Below, piece by piece: positions 8,673-16,966 of a stretch of DNA of 50,776 bases. The notes under the pieces were generated by a model. That model saw only the letters and a program-made list of their open reading frames with translations, did no database searches and was not told the origin of the DNA. Location: positions 1 to 50,776 of IMG/VR virus record IMGVR_UViG_3300046816_000391; one strand, written 5' to 3'. The translations under genes and the position numbers were made by a program. How positions within the stretch are numbered: the first letter of the stretch is position 1; each line of letters opens with the position of its first letter. This stretch comes from a virus. Taxonomy: Duplodnaviria > Caudoviricetes.

Positions 8673-10839
8673 CTTTTTTATTCTTCGCAGCGGTGAGGGC
8701 TGCAAGGGCTGCGATTCGGTCAGTGAGCGCCTGGAACTGGCTGATCTCGACGTTCGCGTCGAGTTCCTGCGCCTTGTAGGCGTTCAACATGACGTTGCTC
8801 TGATCGACCAGGATCCCCGACTGTGCCGTCGCGGATGAAATCTCCATTCGGTGCTGGGCCTCGAGTGTCCGACGCTGCTCTTCTGATGCCTTGAGTGCGA
8901 TTTCCGGATTCTGCGGAGGAGGAATGACCGGCTGACCCTTCTCATCGACCGGGTAGATTTCCTGCACGTTCGGAATATCCATCGCGGCCAGAAGTCGCCG
9001 TTCCACTGCGGCGGGGTTGTACCCCGGGGTTGAGCCTGCGCGCTGGGCGAGGAACTGCGCTTTGAGCACATGTTCCATGTTGGAGAAGGCATTGGGGTCG
9101 GCGGCCGGCAGAACATCTTTCTCATCGGCGGTGTAGTCGTTCTGCGTGACCGAGAATCGCCCATCCATCGTCTCGTAGTAGTCGATCGGATTTAAGTACA
9201 CCCGATTGAGCACGTAGAGCTTTCGAAGTTCCTTTCGGAAGGAGCGATACAGGCGCTTGAAGATGCCGTTGAAGACCTGCAGGCCCTGTTCGAGCATCGC
9301 CTGCATGTTATAGGCCGGAGTATTCTGGCCCGGATTGTTGCCGCTCATCGCATCGTTGACGGAAGACACCTTCTCTCCGTAGTTGATGAGCATCGACAGC
9401 AGCTGAAAGAGCACCGTGGAGGGCTGATTGATCGGCAAGGGCACGAGCGAATCACGCAGGGTCGAGCCTGCAACATTCACCCGCTTCCACTCGAAGGGCT
9501 CGAAGCGCACCTTGCCGCCCTGGATTCTCGCCCCTTTGCCGATGAATCCCTGCGAGCCGTTCTGTAACGTTCCCGCATCGATCAACTGGTTGATGAGCGT
9601 GTTGACGCTATCGTTGATCGGACCCAGAAGGGCGCCTAACCCGAGGTCGTAAAACCCGCCATCCGGCGAAGGAATGAAGCCGCACTTGGTGTAACACTCA
9701 AGGGGCGCGATGCGCAGCACGGTGGGCGCGGTTTTGTCCTGTTGCTGAAGCTGCGCGATCTGGCCATCGAGGGCCTGCGCCTGCTGCTGCAGAAGATTCG
9801 CTTGCTGCGCGATGATCTGGGCGGCGGCCACATGGTTGTCGGTCTCGTTTCCGCTCGGAGGCGGGACCTGACTCACCAGATCCTGCACCTGCAGCAGCAG
9901 CATCTTCTTCTGATCGGTGAGCTGCTTTATGGCGAGCGACTGCTCGGTCACCACCTCCCCGAAACGGGACTTGAGGCGAAAGACCTGCTTGGAGCTTCGA
10001 TCCACCGTGACGATGTAGGGCTCGGGATAACCATCGCCATCGAGGTCGAGGTAACAGTGCTGCTCCAGGAACTCCCGGGGGGTGTGTTTACCCACAGGAG
10101 GCGCGGTGACGCCCTGGCGTTTATCGGAAAGCTTCACCTCTTTGGGCTGAACGGGGGCGAGATCCTTTTTCGAGTACAGTCCTTTCAGCTGCCGCTCTTT
10201 GATCTCGCGCTCGTAGAGCTCGAATATCTCGGTCTTGCGTTCACAGTCCTCGATGGTGCGGGTGTAGTAGTGCACCACGAGGTTCTGCGGCAGGACCAGG
10301 CGGGAGCAGTTCTTGCCTTTCAACGCATCCCAGTAGGTTTTCTTGAACGCGCACCCAATGATTGGAATGACGATGAACGCCCGGTCGGCGTCCTCTTCCC
10401 ATTCCTCGTCCTGATCCAAAAGCTGATAGGACATGTGGCGGGAGATACGCTCGGCCCGGGAGGCTTTCGCCCCATCCGGGTCCTCGCCCATCACCCGATA
10501 GCGCACGAGGTCCGGGGCTTTGACCAACGCCGGATAGGCACGTGCGGCAAACTGCAATGCCGCGATCGTGACGAGCGGAAACTTGACGTTCGAGGCCTTC
10601 GGCCAGGGGAAGGACTTCTCCTCCACCATCTGAAGCGCAAGTTTGATCGCCTCTTCCGAGCGGGTTTCCCATTCCTTGCGGCTTTGCTTATCCTCTTCAA
10701 ACGCGAGCACGACATCTGCCCCGATGCGGTCGGACTGCTCTTTGGTGAGCATCGGCTCGATGTTCTCGGCCGCCTCGATCTGGCGCAGGGGGAGTTGAAT
10801 CGCCGAATCGGAGGGCTGAAGGACCGCGGCCATCGTCAA
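8653..10839 (-). CDS. Portal protein
   Basis: 728 aa after TerL; KSFPWPKASNVKFPL, GCAFKKTYWD, LINQLIDAGTL, Q/A-rich C-terminal barrel helix. Confidence 0.9.
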   Translation of the reverse strand: MTMAAVLQPSDSAIQLPLRQIEAAENIEPMLTKEQSDRIGADVVLAFEEDKQSRKEWETRSEEAIKLALQMVEEKSFPWPKASNVKFPLVTIAALQFAARAYPALVKAPDLVRYRVMGEDPDGAKASRAERISRHMSYQLLDQDEEWEEDADRAFIVIPIIGCAFKKTYWDALKGKNCSRLVLPQNLVVHYYTRTIEDCERKTEIFELYEREIKERQLKGLYSKKDLAPVQPKEVKLSDKRQGVTAPPVGKHTPREFLEQHCYLDLDGDGYPEPYIVTVDRSSKQVFRLKSRFGEVVTEQSLAIKQLTDQKKMLLLQVQDLVSQVPPPSGNETDNHVAAAQIIAQQANLLQQQAQALDGQIAQLQQQDKTAPTVLRIAPLECYTKCGFIPSPDGGFYDLGLGALLGPINDSVNTLINQLIDAGTLQNGSQGFIGKGARIQGGKVRFEPFEWKRVNVAGSTLRDSLVPLPINQPSTVLFQLLSMLINYGEKVSSVNDAMSGNNPGQNTPAYNMQAMLEQGLQVFNGIFKRLYRSFRKELRKLYVLNRVYLNPIDYYETMDGRFSVTQNDYTADEKDVLPAADPNAFSNMEHVLKAQFLAQRAGSTPGYNPAAVERRLLAAMDIPNVQEIYPVDEKGQPVIPPPQNPEIALKASEEQRRTLEAQHRMEISSATAQSGILVDQSNVMLNAYKAQELDANVEISQFQALTDRIAALAALTAAKNKKDAATAD

Positions 10840-12347
10840 TATCCAGTCACTGCATTGCGGCCCGAATCGGTCTGCGAATCAAACGCCATCTGGTATTCCT
10901 CGTCCTCGATCTCTTTGTCGGTCTGCGGCTCGATCATTTCTTCCAGGATCAACCCCAGCCACGCAAAGGCATCGACCTGGTCCTTGTAGGGGAATTTCGG
11001 ATACTTCAGGAGTTCTTCCTCGAAGGCGGCATACCAGTCGGCGTCCTTGTCAAAGCGCACCTTCCCGGCTCTCATACGGGCCTGAATACTCCTCGCCCGT
11101 TTGTCTTTGTCCTTCGTCGGGGAGGCCGATTCAATCTGGATGTAGCACTGTTCCTCATCCATGCGCCGATAGAGAAAGGGCCCAATTGCCTTTTCGATGC
11201 TCTCGGACTCGGTCCGGAACAAGGCGGGCTCCCACCGTCGGTGGACCGAGAAGAGCTCGTTCACGATCTGCTCACCGTCCATACGGGAGCGACGCACATC
11301 AACGATGTTGAGGAAGCCTTCCGCGTCGAGCCCTCCCACCACCATGGCGGTATAGGCATTGCGCTCGGTTTCCCCGATCGCCAGGTCCGCCGCGGCGTAA
11401 TAGGTCTTGCGGGTCTCGAAGTCCCCGGGCTTCATCGCAATGAAGTCCTGGGGGCGGAAATAGGCGGTGCCCTGATCGATCGGGTCGTTCAGGTATTCCT
11501 GCCCGTACACATCGAGCATGCCCATCGCGGCATACTCGGCGCGGATCTTCTGTAGTTCAGCCGCGTTCTTCTGCTCGGGCCAGAGAATTTCGGAAAAGTC
11601 CTCCGAGTGCGCCCGGTACTTGACCGAGGCCCAGCCGCGGGGTTTCTTCGAGTAGATCCGCAGAGGCTCCCGAACCGTATCCGGGGACTTCTCGTTCGGC
11701 ATCATCCGTTCAAGGAGCGAGTCGAACCCAATGATGGTTCCCACCCCGCGGATCTTCCCGCCACCGGCCAGAATCGGCCTCACCGTGCCGTAGAACCAGC
11801 GCCGGAATTTCTCCCGCCGCTGCTCGTTCAGCACCATCTCCTCATCCTCCATGTCGTCAAAAACCACATGGTCGGGACGCTTCCGCTCCCACTTGATGCC
11901 GCGCATCCTCTGCCCGGCACCCTTCACCAGAATCCTGAACTTGTGCCCGTCGGCCATCCGCACGACAAGCTCGGTCTCGGTCTCCTTCTGGAAGTCCTCG
12001 ACCCCGAAATCCCGCCGCAGCGCCTCGTTCTCCTCGAGCTCACTCTTGATGTCGTAGAGGAAGGCCGAGGCCAGCACCTCGTTCGAGCCCAGCAGCAGAA
12101 GGTGACTGGCCCGCCGGTCGAGCAGGATGTACAGCACATACGCAAACGTGATCCCGGTCGATTTCGCATGCCCCCGGGGAGCAGCAATCGCCACCTGCGG
12201 GAAATCCGACATGCACAGCGCCCACCACTCCCGGTGAGCTTCCGGTATCGCCCTGGGAGAGTCGTACCGGGAAACCAGGTACTCGCGCGAAAAGCCCTCC
12301 ACCTCCCGCGCCAGATCCCAATCGGCCGGGGTGAGGAACGGAATCAT
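10836..12347 (-). CDS. terL: Terminase large subunit
   Basis: Walker A APRGHAKST, Walker B VVFDDME, nuclease AADLA and FPYKDQVDA motifs. Confidence 0.95.
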   Translation of the reverse strand: MIPFLTPADWDLAREVEGFSREYLVSRYDSPRAIPEAHREWWALCMSDFPQVAIAAPRGHAKSTGITFAYVLYILLDRRASHLLLLGSNEVLASAFLYDIKSELEENEALRRDFGVEDFQKETETELVVRMADGHKFRILVKGAGQRMRGIKWERKRPDHVVFDDMEDEEMVLNEQRREKFRRWFYGTVRPILAGGGKIRGVGTIIGFDSLLERMMPNEKSPDTVREPLRIYSKKPRGWASVKYRAHSEDFSEILWPEQKNAAELQKIRAEYAAMGMLDVYGQEYLNDPIDQGTAYFRPQDFIAMKPGDFETRKTYYAAADLAIGETERNAYTAMVVGGLDAEGFLNIVDVRRSRMDGEQIVNELFSVHRRWEPALFRTESESIEKAIGPFLYRRMDEEQCYIQIESASPTKDKDKRARSIQARMRAGKVRFDKDADWYAAFEEELLKYPKFPYKDQVDAFAWLGLILEEMIEPQTDKEIEDEEYQMAFDSQTDSGRNAVTGY

Positions 12348-12442
12348 GGGACCCTAAAACGAACCGAATGTTTCTACTGGCTCGGAAGCACTCGGAATAA
12401 CGTTGCGTGAGAACGCCTCTGAACGAACCATACGTTTCGTCA

Positions 12443-12958
12443 TCAGCCCGTCTTGAGCACCGAAACACTCGCCGGCTCCCCAGCCACCGCCTTCAACCGC
12501 TCCCGTCGCTCCTCCCGGCTCTCGGGCTTGCCCGGCACATTCGCAAACTGCTTCAGCTTGTCCGCCGCAATCCCCGCAATGACCGCCGCTTCCTTCGCCG
12601 GAACCCCCTGCATCACCACCTTCCCATCCTTCGCAACCTTCGGATCCCCCTCCTCCAGACGCTTCTCCATCACCTCGATCGCCTTCCCCAGTACCCGAAC
12701 CCACCCCGGACGGTAATTCCCCTCAATCTCCACGATAAGTTCCGCACAGGTGCGATCCCACCACGCCCGATCCCGGTTCTTCCAGTTCATGATGCTCGGT
12801 ATCGGGATCCCCGTGTCCTGAGAGACACGATCGACCGTACCGTGCAGCAGGTACAGCCTCACCGCTTCACGCCGCTCAGCCTCGCTATAGGGCTCCGTAG
12901 AGCCTCTTTGCGACTCAGCGGTTTTGGACGGGGGTACCAGTGAATTTGGCTGACTCAA
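12443..12958 (-). CDS. terS: Terminase small subunit (HTH)
   Basis: YSEAERREAVRLY...VSQDTGIPIPSIMNWK HTH directly upstream of terL. Confidence 0.7.
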   Translation of the reverse strand: MSQPNSLVPPSKTAESQRGSTEPYSEAERREAVRLYLLHGTVDRVSQDTGIPIPSIMNWKNRDRAWWDRTCAELIVEIEGNYRPGWVRVLGKAIEVMEKRLEEGDPKVAKDGKVVMQGVPAKEAAVIAGIAADKLKQFANVPGKPESREERRERLKAVAGEPASVSVLKTG

Positions 12959-13266
12959 GTTTTGCCCCTGCCGGCCCCCTCAAAAGGGACCCGACGGCTA
13001 ACGTTATCGAACGTGGATAAGATCGCCTGGTAGCGGCGATGTCGCATTATGTCCAACTTAACATAAACGTTATTATATGTGCCGCGACCGCACAATGTGT
13101 TTGGTATCAGTGAATTACTACTCGCTCACTCAGTGCCAATAATCTGCTCATGCACGCTCACCTGCTGATGTGTGCATAAACCACATGATCGAGGCCAATA
13201 CTCAGTGCCACTGATGGTTGCAATGCTCACCAATCGCAGTGCATCAAGGGGTGAAAATCAGGCCAA

Positions 13267-13752
13267 TCAGTCCGATTGAATCGAGTGAAGCGCGGGGGTA
13301 CCCCCTACGCTCGTGTATCTCGTCACCTGAGCCATTCCTGCGTCATTCACAAGCACGGTGATCTCTCCTCCGGTCCAGGCATCGAAGCGCATGGCGAGCT
13401 CTACAGCCTCTCTGGCGCTTCTCCCTATGTACATGGCGGACAGGGCGAAGTCTCGGCCTGATCCCACAGCATGGAAGCTCTCAGCGATGGGCATGAGGAC
13501 GCACTTGCTTTCGATTCGGTAACTGCGTGTTCCGTCGATGAGCAGACCTGAGAAGTCATCGAGCTTGTCGGGCTTCGTTCCGCCATTCAGCCAGTCACGA
13601 ACCAGCAGCACTTCCTGATACTCGCCTGAGCCGCCGTATAAGCGGCCATCGGTGAGTCGGAAGATCTTCTCTGCCGTTCGTTTCAGTCCACCGCCACTCA
13701 CAGCGAGGGTATCGGCGGCCAGTGTCTTGCCGTCCCATGCAATCGTGGTCAC
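13267..13752 (-). CDS. HslV/proteasome beta-subunit-like Ntn peptidase
   Basis: MTTIAWDG...AADT N-terminal Thr nucleophile, KI, GSG, AVGSGRDFA, D..TGG motifs. Confidence 0.8.
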   Translation of the reverse strand: MTTIAWDGKTLAADTLAVSGGGLKRTAEKIFRLTDGRLYGGSGEYQEVLLVRDWLNGGTKPDKLDDFSGLLIDGTRSYRIESKCVLMPIAESFHAVGSGRDFALSAMYIGRSAREAVELAMRFDAWTGGEITVLVNDAGMAQVTRYTSVGGTPALHSIQSD

Positions 13753-13988
13753 CAGAACAGCCCTTGGGGGCGTGTAGAGCGTATGGCGTTACATAGCTCA
13801 CGATGGCGGCGTTCTTCGGTACGCTCTCTGCGTCGTCGCTCCCGAGCTTCTCGGTGAGCTTGCAGGGCCTCGTAGCGATGTTCTGCGGGCAGGGTATTGA
13901 TGTACTCCAATGCCTTGGCTTCGTACTGTCTCTCGGCCTCTGCTTCAGCTAAGGCGGATGCAGCAGCGATGACAAAGCTCGCGAACAC
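13749..13988 (-). CDS. Hypothetical protein
   Basis: Charged helical ORF coupled to peptidase start (GTGA overlap). Confidence 0.55.
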   Translation of the reverse strand: MFASFVIAAASALAEAEAERQYEAKALEYINTLPAEHRYEALQAHREARERRRRERTEERRHRELCNAIRSTRPQGLFW

Positions 13989-14062
13989 GCTTACAGCCCC
14001 TCACTGTGACGGATGGGGTAGAGATAGCCGGAATCTTCAGGTGCTTCACAGGTCATCGATCG

Positions 14063-14242
14063 TCACCTTAACGAGAGCAGTCGATCCAGAGGCGTGCGGG
14101 GTAGCCATGTCCTCAATTCCTCTTCGGTCATTGGCGCATGGCCTTCGATCTTGAAGCGGCCGTCGCGCATTCGGCTGCATTCCCCCAAGGTGGGGATCGA
14201 GACGGAATGCTGCCGATGGAATCGCCATTCCTCGTCGGTCAT
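14063..14242 (-). CDS. Hypothetical 59-aa protein (MTDEEWRFHRQ...)
   Basis: Read by eye, below the ORF-track cutoff; more protein-like than the overlapping 14046..14249 frame. Confidence 0.45.
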   Translation of the reverse strand: MTDEEWRFHRQHSVSIPTLGECSRMRDGRFKIEGHAPMTEEELRTWLPRTPLDRLLSLR

Positions 14243-14245
14243 GGT

Positions 14246-15595
14246 TCACAGCTCACTGGCGCTCACCTCTTCCTCTACGAACTGGTCGGGACCTTCGGGT
14301 CTTACGCTGCCCACGTGCTTCTCGGGGCGTCCCTTGACGAAGTCCTGCATGTGCCTGGGCTCCCAGGATTGTTTGCGGACCTTGGCGCCGGTCCATTCGG
14401 TCGTGAGGGTGCCGGCGGGCTGCTTGAAGCCTGTTCGGTCACAGATCTCATAGTTGCTCGGGATCGCGACGGCCTGGGCGTTCTGGGGCCCGAGGTCGAC
14501 AATGATCGGCAGGGGTTCGAAGAGCCCCAGCAGATCACTATGGACATCTTCCAGGGTGAGCTGGATGTAGCCGACATCGGCATAGCCGGTGAGCGCAAAA
14601 CCGGTGATCGAGGCGCTGAAGTCTTCGAGACTCGAGATGAGCTGCGCCACGGTGTGCGTGAGCAGCTGCTGGCCCTGAAAGTTGGCCTGCGCATCATCGA
14701 GCGTGCTGGCGAGTGCACCGGTGCGCACCACTTGCGCCGCCAAGCCGGTGAAGCTTGCGCTCGCATCCTGCAGGGTGACGGCAATCGCACCCACGGCGCC
14801 CGCGGGGTTGGCATGCGTGCCAGCGAAGGCGCTCGTCGCTGCCTGAAGTAAGACACTGATCGAACCACTGGCCGAATCCGGTGGCAGGATGACGCCGGTT
14901 GCCGCGCTGGTCGTATCGGCCAGGGTGACGGCAATAGAGCCGGTGAAGACATCGCTCGCTGTGATCTGCCAGCCGATCCCGATTGGGACCGTGAGGTCCA
15001 CGTATTCGGTCTGGGCAATCGAGCCGACAAACGCCGCACTCGCATCCGCAAGCGTCGGGGCGAGGTTCCCGGTAACCGTGCCTGATACCGCGAAGGTACC
15101 GGTAAAGGTTCCCGTCGCAGTATCCAGCGTGCTGGCAAGAGACCCTGTGGAAAGACCAGGCTCAACATCCTGCCAGTAATGGGCGCCCCAATAGTGCGGA
15201 GCCCAGTAAAACTCCGCCCAGTAGTTACCCAGATTGACCGATGGGGCGAATGTGCCGGTAAAAGCGCAGCTTGCCGCATCGAGCGTGACTGCGATCGTTC
15301 CGGTGGCAGAGCTTGGCTCGTGGTCCTGCCAGTAATGGGCGGACCAATATTGACCGTGCCAGTAATTCTCAGCCCAGTAGTTCCCGAGACTGATCGCCGT
15401 GCCGGTAAAGGCGCTCGTCGCGTTCTCAAGGGTAACTGCAATCGACCCGGTCCGATCAGACGAGCCTATCGAACCGACAAATGCGGCGGCGAACGGATCA
15501 AGAGTAGGAGCTATCGAGCCGCTGTAATTCCCCTGGCTCCAGTAGCTGAGCGGCCAGTAGCTGTCTTGCCAGTATCGGGCAGACCAGTAACGCAC
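14246..15595 (-). CDS. Repeat-rich putative fibre scaffold protein (449 aa)
   Basis: Three blocks of four YW pentads, about 11 GxIAxTLxxAxxxFxG repeats, C-terminal CDRTGFK...WEPRH.QDF domain. Confidence 0.75.
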   Translation of the reverse strand: MRYWSARYWQDSYWPLSYWSQGNYSGSIAPTLDPFAAAFVGSIGSSDRTGSIAVTLENATSAFTGTAISLGNYWAENYWHGQYWSAHYWQDHEPSSATGTIAVTLDAASCAFTGTFAPSVNLGNYWAEFYWAPHYWGAHYWQDVEPGLSTGSLASTLDTATGTFTGTFAVSGTVTGNLAPTLADASAAFVGSIAQTEYVDLTVPIGIGWQITASDVFTGSIAVTLADTTSAATGVILPPDSASGSISVLLQAATSAFAGTHANPAGAVGAIAVTLQDASASFTGLAAQVVRTGALASTLDDAQANFQGQQLLTHTVAQLISSLEDFSASITGFALTGYADVGYIQLTLEDVHSDLLGLFEPLPIIVDLGPQNAQAVAIPSNYEICDRTGFKQPAGTLTTEWTGAKVRKQSWEPRHMQDFVKGRPEKHVGSVRPEGPDQFVEEEVSASEL

Positions 15596-15599
15596 ATGC

Positions 15600-16247
15600 T
15601 TAGTCCGTGGCGTCCAGTGTGACGGTGGTGCGCTGGTTGCTCGAATCGGTGACCGTGGTCACGCGGGTCTTTACGTTGTCTGCGGTCTTGAAGGTCACCG
15701 TGGAACCACTGATGGAGACACGACCCATGATCACCGCGCTCATGAGACGCATCAGGCCCTTGAACGTGAGCGTGCCATTATTCTCTGTGGTCGTGCCCAT
15801 GAGTTCGGTGACCACTGCGGTATTTCCGGTTGAGGTCAGCGCCACATTCCCGGAAGTGGTGGCAAGCTGCGCAGTCCCCGTGCCATTGGTCAACAGTGCC
15901 CCGGCACTTCCGCTTGCGACATTGGGGAATGCCGTGAGGCCCATGCGCACACCATCATGCACATCCATGGCGACGACGTCGTAGAGCGTGTCCGTGGGAT
16001 CAGCACCCGTCGCCGACGCATGCAGCAACAGAGGCCCGAGTGTGTTGCAGTCCGTGGAGTTGCCGGCCACGGTATACCAGCCATTGGCGATTTCCGTGAC
16101 CGCCCCCGAGGGCGAGGCGAATGAACCCGCCACTTTTCGAATCGTCACCGTGGGCGACAATCCCGTCTTCCCGGTGACATGATCCGTCGAATCGGTCATG
16201 AAGAAGTTGAGCGGGCGAGTCCCACTCAACGGCAGCATGTAGCTCAT
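15600..16247 (-). CDS. Putative virion fibre adaptor protein
   Basis: GKTGLSPTVTIRK...VTEIANGWY Ig-like N-domain; LMRLMSAV.MG...KTRV..VTD..NRT C-domain. Confidence 0.6.
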   Translation of the reverse strand: MSYMLPLSGTRPLNFFMTDSTDHVTGKTGLSPTVTIRKVAGSFASPSGAVTEIANGWYTVAGNSTDCNTLGPLLLHASATGADPTDTLYDVVAMDVHDGVRMGLTAFPNVASGSAGALLTNGTGTAQLATTSGNVALTSTGNTAVVTELMGTTTENNGTLTFKGLMRLMSAVIMGRVSISGSTVTFKTADNVKTRVTTVTDSSNQRTTVTLDATD

Positions 16248-16966
16248 AGGTAAGGACCTGTTTCAGAAGTTCGTTGACGGTGTCTGCGTTGAGGCGCGGT
16301 ACTGCCCGTGGCCGCTTTGTACGTGGCAACGAACGCCACCGCGTCATCGTTGGCCGTCCACGTTATCGTCGGGTTCTGCACACCCGTTGCGGCCACAACC
16401 TTGTAGCCACCGATGCCGGCCGAATGCGCGGCGGCGTTGTCTTGCTTGAAAAGCTGGGTGTAGCCACCCGGTAGCGCGAAACCCTTCGGGTTGCCGCCGT
16501 TGTTACGGCCGCCCGCCATTGCATAAACGATCTCATTGGCCTGAGTCGTTGCGGCAGTGGTAGGCGTGAGCGACGTTGCCGCGGTGAACACCGTCTCTGC
16601 GGTTGCTGTCTTATCGACGGCCGAGCTCTGCGCGCTACCGGCTTCCTCGATCAATGCGCCGGTGAGGTAATCCCCCGCCGTCGTTGGGATGGTGACCGTG
16701 AACGTCCCGGCAGAGGTATTGATCTTGTCGCACTTGAAGAGATAGCCGCGCGTACTCGAGCTGTTGCTGTTCTGGATCGAAATCTCTTGCGTCCAGGTAT
16801 TGCCACCGCCCTGATTGTCACTGACGGAGGCAACAGCCCCACCAGACTGGCTGAACATCAGTCGCGCGGCATTGCCCACTGTCGGCAACGAACCGAAGGA
16901 TACGGTGATGCTCGTTCCCGTATTGTCGTTCGTGAACGCCTGTACCTGGGGGACGGTCTGCGCCAT
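16244..16966 (-). CDS. Putative virion fibre/adhesin protein
   Basis: Two T/S/A-rich beta-sandwich halves and a basic C-terminal tail; coupled to neighbours. Confidence 0.6.
   Translation of the reverse strand: MAQTVPQVQAFTNDNTGTSITVSFGSLPTVGNAARLMFSQSGGAVASVSDNQGGGNTWTQEISIQNSNSSSTRGYLFKCDKINTSAGTFTVTIPTTAGDYLTGALIEEAGSAQSSAVDKTATAETVFTAATSLTPTTAATTQANEIVYAMAGGRNNGGNPKGFALPGGYTQLFKQDNAAAHSAGIGGYKVVAATGVQNPTITWTANDDAVAFVATYKAATGSTAPQRRHRQRTSETGPYL

Noticed and set aside
9742-10989. 415-aa + strand ORF
   Set aside because: Antisense shadow of the portal gene
14302-15441. 379-aa alternative-frame ORF
   Set aside because: Arg/Pro/Ser-rich off-frame reading of the repeat gene
14246-15595. CRISPR array or DGR variable repeats
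   Set aside because: Repeats are degenerate at DNA level and conserved as amino acids; no reverse transcriptase or cas gene seen
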